Shown here in pieces: positions 54,905 to 64,000 of a stretch of 64,000 bases of DNA (the first letter of the stretch is position 1; each line of letters opens with the position of its first letter). A program made the position numbers and the translations under genes. The stretch lies in assembly GCF_009914755.1 (NCBI RefSeq), contig NC_060932.1, one strand, 5' to 3'. A model generated the notes under the pieces. The model did not search any database, was not told the origin of the DNA, and saw only the letters and a list, made by a program, of their open reading frames with translations. Origin of the DNA: the human T2T-CHM13v2.0 reference genome, Homo sapiens.

Positions 54905-55735
54905 ATACACAAACACACACACACACCATACACACACAACACACACCACACACAACACACACCACACACACATCACACATACCCATATCCCCTGACATCA
55001 CACCACACACACCATACACACACAACACACACATACAACACACACCACACACACAACACACATACAACACACACCACACACAACACACATACCCACATCC
55101 CCCGACACCACACATCACACACAAACACACACACACAACACACACCACACGCACATCACACACAACATAACACACATACCCATATCCCCTGACACCACAC
55201 ACCACACACGCCACACAACACACACAACACACACACACCACACACCTCGCCCACATACACATCGCCCACCTCCCCAAACACACCACAAATGTACCACATA
55301 CATACCACACACCATGCACAAACCACACACATACAACACACTCCACCCCACACACCACGCTCACACACCACACACCCCCATACACACCACACACAAACAC
55401 CCACACACCCATGCCACACCCACACCACACCCATGCCACACCCCTCCCCAAACACCACATATGCACCACATACATACCACACACATGCCACACACCACAC
55501 ACAAACCACACACAAAAAACACACACTCCCCCCACACACCACACACACACCACACACACCACACTACATACAACACACACATAGACCACACACACACAAC
55601 ACACACACCACACAAATACAAAACACACACCACACACACCACACAAATACAAAACACACAGCACACAAATACAACATACATCACACACACCACACACACC
55701 ACACAAACACACCACACACATACCACACACACATA
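54905..55735. repeat. ~830 bp C/A-rich (CACAC)n-type low-complexity tandem repeat with higher-order units
   Basis: direct reading; almost G/T-free on the + strand. Confidence 0.95.
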
Positions 55736-58269
55736 CCTGCCCTAGGGATATATATGTCTAGGTTGACCAGATGTACCAAGGAACATTTGCAATGGTCCCC
55801 AGGCCTTATGGCTGGGACCTGGTTTCAAGAGGAGCCTGGTGTGTGGAGTTCTGCCAGCTGGTTTTGCGATTTTCTTGCAGGACCACAGAAGATTGGTTCT
55901 GACTTGCTGACTTTGGGTGACCCCCATTTATGTCAGAGACAGGCTGAGTTCAGTGCCCTGTCCTTCAATGGTCCACCACCAACCCTTTGTTAAGCCATGC
56001 ATGTGTGTCCATGTGTTGGTGCTCACCCATTTCATGTTCTTTGCTTGGTGACACCTCCAGTCTACAGGACACAAGGGCAGTGGGACACAGTAGCAATGGA
56101 GATTGCCAGCGTTTCCCTTCAGCCTGAGCCAGTGAGATAGAAGACATAACTGGAGAGACTCCTTTTACATTTTATTATCCTAAGACAACGTGTCTAGACC
56201 AAGATGAGTGAGAGGATGGGAGATGGAAGCTTGGCTGGAGCTCTAAGTAAGAATGACCCCTGTAGGGGGTCATTCTTGATCTAATAGGGGATACATGGAA
56301 GCATACGGTAAGAAGACACAGCTTTGAAGCACGCAGCCGAGTTAGCCTTTGGGAGTCCTGAGAGCAAGGACTAGGGCCACTAGCTGCAGTGCTTAGTTTC
56401 AAGGAAAGAGTTGTTGTCTTTGGGAATATGAGGAAAGCAAGGCAGCACTCTCAGTCTGGGAGAGCTTGAATTATTTGCAGACCATCACAAGCAGGAATGA
56501 AAACCATGAGAAAACATGGGGGTAAGTGATGTTAAGAATAGGGTACCTGGTGCATTTTCTAGGCTTAAGCCTGTGGTAAAGTCTTGGCTGTATTAGACAT
56601 GAAGATAGCATGTGTTAAATTGCAGTCCTGGCATCTAAAATCTCTCCTGAAGTAGTAAGACTATGGAAGCAGTTAGAGGCAATATCAGTTACCGGAGTGG
56701 AGAATGGTAATTGGGAAGAGCAATGTCAGTAGTTCTTTTTCTGCATAAGCTGTGGCCAAGGAGGGGAGGCTTTAAACCCAGAGGTGATGCTGCCACTGGT
56801 GTTGCGGCCTCCCGTCAAGTCCATTTCACCACAAGTTGTGCCTTGCTCGAGTACATCCAGGGAAAGAACATAAGCTTTGGGGCCAGTAAGATCAAGGAGC
56901 CTTAAGATCTTAGACAATCTCTCTCCAAGCCTCAGTTTACTAATCTAATATGATGGAGGAAAAAAAACACCTTCCATGTTTCATTAAGGAATGAACAAGT
57001 GGGTAAGGAAGTGCTTTGCTATCTGTAAGTCTTCCTCTGATACCTTGTACCTTAGACAATCTCTCTACATGCAAGTTGTTGTCCTTAGTTTTCCCTTAAT
57101 CTCTTTCTCCTTTTGAGGGCACATTTTAGCTGTGGGGTCTATGGAGCCTCTCCCCAGAGACCTCTTTCTTCAGCAACAGTGTGTTCCTTCCCCTCTTCAG
57201 TTGCACAGATCAGTAGAGAACTTGGCCCTGAGGAGTAGCTCAGATGTGAGCCCTTTGATTTCCTCTTTCCTTTAATGTTTTCAAAGATCAGGAAGATTGC
57301 CGCTGCCTTTTGAATGCAGCTCTGTTGCTAGCAGAAAACACAGAAGCAAGTAAAAGCCAGGGCCCATTAGAATCCAGGCTGACCTGAAGACCAAATTCTG
57401 TGTTGGAGACCTGGGGAGTCTCCTACAAGCTGGAGATCTACAAGCTGGCGAAAGAGAGGGATGCTCAGGGAACTTCTTAGTGATGTGGAGTGAGGTGAAA
57501 TGGTTTCTTGGGAGAAGTCAGGAGCTGTCATCAGCATCTGATGAGCCCAGGTGACCATGTCAAGGTCCCCTGTCTTGTTTCAGCCCTTGGGTAGCATTTA
57601 TTGACAAACTCTTCTGCCTCCTTAGTGCTGGAAGTGGCACTGCACATTAGAGCTTGCTGAACACTTTCAGCTGGCTGCAGGGTCAGCTTTGGCATCTTAG
57701 AGTAAGACAGAGAGAGAAAAGGGCTTCTGCTCCTTTGGGAGCCTGCACATCATTCCCTCCCACATGTGATAGACATAGGAGAATTCTACATGGCCAAGGG
57801 TCAGCACAGGGGTTAGGTTTTGCACTCCTTTCAAAGCAGGTTTTCTAAAGAGCTGGGCTCTCTATGGGCTTCCCTCAGCCTTTAGGGTCTGGTGCAACTC
57901 TGCTGCGTAGATTCAGACCTTGATCTTGAGGTGAGAGCCTTTTTGACTTATGCATTCCAGATAAAATACATTATTCTGCAGTCTCACCTTTCTTATCCTT
58001 TGAAAGTACCAGTGCTCCCCATCAACCTGTGATTAAAATTTCACATAATACAAATCAAGAAATAAGTATAAATAAATAAGCTATGAGTAAGCTGTATCAA
58101 TGTGTTATGTCTGCATAAAATATACAGGAGAGGGACTAAATTAGCAATCTTTCTATCCATGGTAGTATTTGGATAAAAATCTGTACTCCTCTATTAATCC
58201 ATGCACAAAGAAGTAGAAGCGGCCCCCTGTCCTCCTCTTCCTCTTCTACAACCATGTGTGGAAAATTGG

Positions 58270-58562
58270 GGCCAGTCACTGTGGCTCGCGCCTATAATCC
58301 CGGCACTTCGGCGGACTGAGGTGGGAGGATCACCTGAGGCCAGGAGTTTGAGACCAGCCTGGCCAATATGGTGAAACCACGTCTCTACTAAAGATACAAG
58401 AATTAGCCGGGCATGGTGGTGTGTGCATGTAATCCTGGTGATTTGGGAAGCTGAGGCAAGAGAATCACTTGGACCCAGGAGGTGGAGGTTGCCATAAGCC
58501 ATGATTATGCCACTGCACTCCTGCCTGTCGGGTAGAGTGAGATTTCAACTAAAAAGAAAAAG
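58270..58562 (+). mobile_element. Alu (S-type, diverged)
   Basis: dimeric; TSD aaaattggg. Confidence 0.92.
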
Positions 58563-59279
58563 AAAAAATTGGGCTGAACCCCAACTCAAGGCACATGGGC
58601 TGTGTATGCCCCATGTGTGGGTGGATTGGGCTGGTTCTCCAGGGCCTCATTTCTCAGGACTCAGTGCTGTTAATGAGCAACAGGAAAGCGTGGGAAGTGG
58701 AGGTCAGGGAAGTTGAGAAGAGTGCAGGGCTGCAGGGAAGGTGAATGAGCAGCACAGATGTTGGTGGCGAGGGGATCCCAGGCAAGGCTTTACTGATGGT
58801 TCCCACTATTTCCTGCAGAGCGTTCCTAACATTAAATTGGCATCTGTTCCTTATTGGTCATCAAGTATGATTGGAAATACAGGGTTTCTCCACATCTACC
58901 CCTCCCACATTGCATTCTGTCTGACAAATTATGATAGTTTATTCCCACTGATGTTTTATCTAAGTGCCTCTTCAATCCATTTGCTTTGTGACTGAAAAGA
59001 AAAAATCTTTAGAAAAGTTCAATAACTTCATAAATTTTCATCTATAGAGAAAGCAATACATGAAAAGCCTTTCAAATTGTGCTTGTAACGTATTTTCTCT
59101 GCTCTGTTGCTTATCCATTCCACTTTGGGGTCCCAGAAATGTGTCATCAGCAATTGTTTCCTCGGTTTGGGCATTTTCTACTCTCTCTAGTAGAAAAGGT
59201 CTTGTAGATGGTTTTCATTGTATACATAAATTTCTTTGTCCTATGTTGGATATAAATACTTTTTTTGAAGGTAAAGAGT

Positions 59280-59870
59280 ATCATTCTAATACATTGTAGG
59301 TGGCAATGAAAAGTGACACAAAACCTCTTGTAAATCAGTGTAACTGACTATATCAAGAGGCTTTAAATGTTCATCAGTACCCTTTAAACTAAAAATTTCA
59401 CTTCTTAGTATCTATGCTAAAGAAAAAATCTAAACATCAAAAATATACATAACAATGATGTTCACTACATTGTTTTATATACAGGTATAGACATATACAT
59501 ATTTAAAAACTGTAAAGAACTTAAATGTTCAAGTACAGGGTGTTTATGTAAATTGATAAATCCATTTGACAGATTGTTCTAATAGCAATCAAAATGGTAT
59601 TCAAAATGGAAGACTACAACATAAAAACAGGAAAACACATGTCTCATAATTTAAATGACAACAGCCAGATATGCAATTGCATATCTGGTATGCATATGAC
59701 TACTTATAAATATGCATATTACAAAAAAGTAGGAAGGGACCAAGCCACCTTGTTAATGATGATTGGGTTTAGATATTTGTAGAATGAATAACTTCTATAT
59801 TTTTTCTCCTTTCTATTTTTATGGTTTCTTTTCCCTAAAGCTTTTATATGAGTATGAGTACTTTCAATTG
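59280..59870 (+). mobile_element. L1ME-type ancient LINE fragment
   Basis: aaaatttcacttcttagtatctatgctaaag...gatgttcactacattgttttatat. Confidence 0.65.
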
Positions 59871-60019
59871 AAAATCAACCGATAAACAAAAAGGAAAAAC
59901 ACAGTATTCGTGTGTTTCTTGGTCAGGGTGGTGTTAAATCTTTGTGGGCTCATAGTAAGCAGTGACTTTTTGTAGTACGTATTTAGATTAACAATTGCAT
60001 TTATATAAGAAAACAGAGA

Positions 60020-60200
60020 TTATGGAAAGACCACTGGCTTGGGATTAAGGAGATGGGTCCCAGTCCTGATTTTACAATGGGTGGTGTAGCACTGGCCAAG
60101 TCATTTCTCACCTCTGGTCTGCTGTGTCCTATCTATAAAACGAAGGGGTTGCACTCGAAACCTCTATGGTTCCCAGCAGGTCTCTAACTTTTTGTGATGT
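60020..60200 (+). mobile_element. MIR/MIR3
   Basis: ggaaagaccactggcttggg...ctggccaagtcattt...atctataaaacgaagggg. Confidence 0.7.
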
Positions 60201-62054
60201 AGAAACTAAACATGTGGAGATTTGAGACCAATAACTCCAGTAGAATGTTACTGGACAGACCTTCTGCAAATCCAGCGCTTTGGATCCTAATTAGTGTTTC
60301 CGTGCCATGCTTTCCATCCTGAACTTACATTGTCATCTGGTGACAAAATTCTCATGGCAATTAAAACATTGCTGTTGTAGATAACAATAATTAAAAATGA
60401 GAAAGATGGAAAGAAGAAGGAAAAGAATGGAAATTTGCGGTAATTTCAACCTGAGCTGTCAAGTTGAACTTAGCCCCCAAACTGGAATAGTTATTAGATA
60501 TCAGTATTTTACAGATGAGGAAATATATCTGAGAGGCGTACTGGATGCACACATGTCTACATCCATGGACACAGTCACAGGGCTATGAAGGAACCAAGAT
60601 GGCTCTCAAACCTGGAGACTCCCACTTCATTGTATTCATTGCTGGAGTTATGGTTGTTTACAGCAAAATCAGATTACATTCAGTTCATAACTATTGAATA
60701 CTTAAATAATTAGAAATAACAATGTTACTTAACATGGACAGGGAGCTTCAAGATTTCCAAAATGCCCAGAACCATACTAATTATCATAGCTATAAAATTG
60801 GGTTTTATGTAACAAAACTCATTACAGATACTCGGTTCCACAAAAGCTATTGAAAGTTCCCAAATTCTATTATTTAACTATATTCCTCCTAGTGCCTCTC
60901 AAATCTACAAATAGAATTAAAATCTTTTGCTATTCATTCACGTATTCCACAAATATTTCTTGGGCACCCTCCTCAGGGCTGGGAATACCAGATGGGCCTG
61001 GTCCGTTTATTCATGGAGCTTTTGTTCCCTAGTTCTTCCTGTCTGCCAGTGGAGGGCGTTCCTGGACTTGACCCCAGGAGGTCAAAGTTACATGCATGAA
61101 GCAACAAGAGGGGGAAAAAAATGAGATCAAGCATCTCTGCTGAGTGGTGCTTGTAACTCCAGATGCTAGTGATTCCAGTGAAGGCCAAACCCACAGGCTG
61201 AAACATTTCAAATCTAGGTTGAGCTCATTATGAAGAAAGCAGAGACCATTCAAAGAAGACCTGGACTTTCCATGGCAGCAGGGGAAAGGAAAAGAGATAT
61301 TAATATTTATTAAACACCGAGTATACTCATGCATCTTACTGTGCAAGTGTGTTCTAGAATTTGTTGTTATCCCCGTTTTATAAATGAGGGAGCCAGGACT
61401 CAGCAGGGATATGGGTGCTGGATAAAGCAAACCTGAACATACCCTTTTCTTATTCAATAGACCAGTTCAGGTTTAGCCATTAGACCATTAGGCAAATGCT
61501 GTATTTCTGTGATCAATAGGCAGTATGAACCAAGGCATGGAGGAAGGGTTGAGCAAGACACCAGAAAAGGACCTGTCTTCCTGCTACTGACTTCATTAAT
61601 CTCTCAATCTTACGAGTGCCAGACTTTCAGTTACCCACCCTGCCTCAAAAATATGTTTTATGTTATCTTTAATAGAGGACTCATGTCTTATTGATCCCAG
61701 CCTGCATGCTGGCCCTACAGCATGCAGCCTCAGATGAGAGAGAGAAGAAATCAGTTTGGATCCTAGAGTGCAGAACTGTTTCCAGGTTTACTGGATTATC
61801 TTTTTTTTTTTCTCTTTCTGTTAAACTGAGAAAGAACTACCCCCTGTCCTAACTCTGAACATGGGCCATATGGCCATAGCAGCACTTCCTGGGGTAGGCA
61901 GCTATGATATTCAACAAGTCAGGTGTGACTCCTTTCCCAGATCAGATAGCTTAGGGACCTCACAGTCAACCAGATGGTATGCAGTCATGTCACAGGGCAG
62001 TAGTGGGTAGTTGATGCTGATGAGCTACCTTTTGTATTTACTATCATCTGGTTT

Positions 62055-62057
<3 letters not shown>

Positions 62058-62103
<46 letters not shown>

Positions 62104-62108
62104 TGTGT
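62058..62108. repeat. (TG)n microsatellite
   Basis: direct reading. Confidence 0.95.
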
Positions 62109-62479
62109 TTTCTGAATGCCAAAGCCTCCATACCCAGGACTTCTTGCCATCATCAATTCAGAAAGAATTTCTTGAGCTCCCACTTAGTGTTGTCCCTGCA
62201 CTCCGTGGAATACCTAGAATTACAAGACAAGGGCCTAGCTTGCAAGGAGTCACCACGAAATAATTAGAACTTCAAGGCCAAAGGGATAGATCAGTGAGGG
62301 ATGGAATAGAGGGCAGACCAGGTGAGCTTGCATTTAACAGCTGGATAATATTTGAGGAGAGTGTGGGAACAGGAGTGTGTCTGTGCCTAGATTTCTTCTC
62401 TACCCAGTTCAGGATTTCCACTGATAAATTATTCAAATCCAGTTTCAATGGCCGCTACTTATTACATACACAGTAAAGG

Positions 62480-63820
62480 TCTATTCAGTCATTTATTGAG
62501 CACCAGCTGCGTGCCAGTCACTGTGTGCTGCACCACAGGCACGAAAATGAATAAGTCACACCCCCTGATCTAAGGAGATGCTGTACCACTATCTAAAGGG
62601 GAAATCATTCATTGTGCTGAACTTATTGGTAACTGAGTCTAAGTTCTATAATTGGTGAACATATACAGTACAATGAGAACACGAGTGACTATTTCTGGGG
62701 AGAAAGACAAGTCAGCAGAAACTACAGAGAGAAGTCAACATTTGAACCTGGACTTGAAAGATACATAAGCATTCATGGGTGAAATAAAGCAATCCTAGCA
62801 GAGGAAACTGACAAAGCAAAAGAGCAGGGGTGTGGAAGCACTTGGTAGGATGAGGGAACAGGAAAAGCCTTGTGTAGACAGGGTTCAGGGGAGGTTGGAA
62901 GGTACTGGCTAGACACAAGGCTGCAAATCATACATGAAACACACAGAAGTCTATCTAGGAGTGAAAGAGGCAGGGGCTTATTTAGGTGAGAGATGATGAA
63001 AGGCAGTGAGTGTCTGGGCCAGGAGAAGGACATTGGAGATGGAGTGAAGGGGATGTATTAAACTCATATTTAGGAGATTAATCAGCAGTCCTTAAAAATT
63101 AATTGGATAAGAAAGGCATTGTATTTGCTGTTGGCACCTCGCCCAGATCATCCACCAGGCAGGTGCGTCCATCCCTAGCTGCTGAGTGTTGACTGCCAAG
63201 TCCTCACAGTGACCCCTTTTCTGGGACACTGACTCTTTCTGAATAGGACTGGACTCATCTGTGAGATGGGGCGACCCTCCCTCACTGGAGCCTGTAGCCA
63301 ATGGCTGACTGACATAGGACTACAAAAAGCTGGCATCCTGGCCTCAAGGTGATACTCCAGCTGAGGCCACCTCCTTGTTCAGCTCGTCCCCTGCTCCATT
63401 CTTCTTCCCTCCTTTTCTCCTGAGATCACTTTCTTAATCAGCCACCTGCAGAAGAACCCCCATCTCAGGTTCCACTTTTAGGGAGCTCAACTTCAGACAG
63501 GATTGGGTAAGAAATTGGGGAAAAGGCAATATGAATCCCAGTTTTCCTTTTGGGTAAGTGGGTGGCTGGATGTGCTGAACACCGAGTAGAGGAGGCTTAG
63601 AAGAGGATGAGGTTTGTGAGAGCAGAGAAGCTCAGTTTTGTTTACTGGAGAAGCAGATGTCATATCCAGGAAGCAGCTGGATACCTGCGGGTCTGCAGCC
63701 AGGAGAGAGCTCTAAATGTTGTCACCAAACGTGACTAAATGACAGCTGAAACCCTGAAGTTGGCGAGGAAGAAATCATGGAGAAAAACAGAGTGGTCTCA
63801 GGATGAACTTGGAGGAATGT
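62480..63820 (-). mobile_element. L2 remnants interrupted by LTR16
   Basis: attcagtcatttattgagcacc 3' end; acatttgaacctggacttgaaag; aagcagctggatac. Confidence 0.7.
63120..63499 (+). mobile_element. LTR16-like ERVL LTR
   Basis: gcctgtagccaatggctgactgacat...gcctcaaggtg...ccccatctcagg...cagaca. Confidence 0.7.
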
Positions 63821-64000
63821 GAGCATTATACAGTGAGTGGAAAACTGGCAGGAGGCAGCGGAGCCGTGCTCTTTTCTGTTTATTACCTCCAGTGAACTTG
63901 TGTTTGTGTTTCCTGTTATCATTGCTGGTAATCGGCTTTCAGATTGTGACCTGGTACACATGAGTGTGTGTGTGTGTTTCTAGAGGTGTATAATAAAAAA

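Noticed and set aside
54635-55993. Longest ORFs (323, 234, 185 aa; His/Thr- or Cys/Val-rich)
   Set aside because: Translations of the CA/TG low-complexity tract, which lacks stop codons by composition; open in many frames on both strands.

Overview
Primate, most likely human, non-coding genomic DNA (AluJ/S/Y, L1PA7-type, THE1, MER75 present). I find no credible protein-coding gene, RNA gene, CpG island or CRISPR. The only real coding homology is a frameshifted L1 ORF2 at 45-47 kb; the other listed ORFs come from repeats or microsatellites. Much of the window is transposon-derived. All repeat family names are from my recognition of consensus sequences, not a database search, so subfamily calls are tentative. 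Best observations: (1) a two-LTR MER31 provirus with a decayed tRNA-His PBS and four nested insertions, including a full-length piggyBac MITE (MER75) with TTAA TSDs; (2) a ~700 bp TSD-flanked mini-L1 whose 5'UTR joins directly to the 3'UTR G-rich tract; (3) a TSD-flanked trimeric Alu later hit by MSTA and AluS; (4) five AGTAA units at exact 10-bp spacing (MER121-like ancient element candidate); (5) several repeat-free islands rich in homeodomain/POU/Sox/Fox/Pbx-Meis motifs, suggesting a developmental enhancer landscape; (6) two template-switch micro-inversions. I cannot support a new multi-gene biological system from this sequence.
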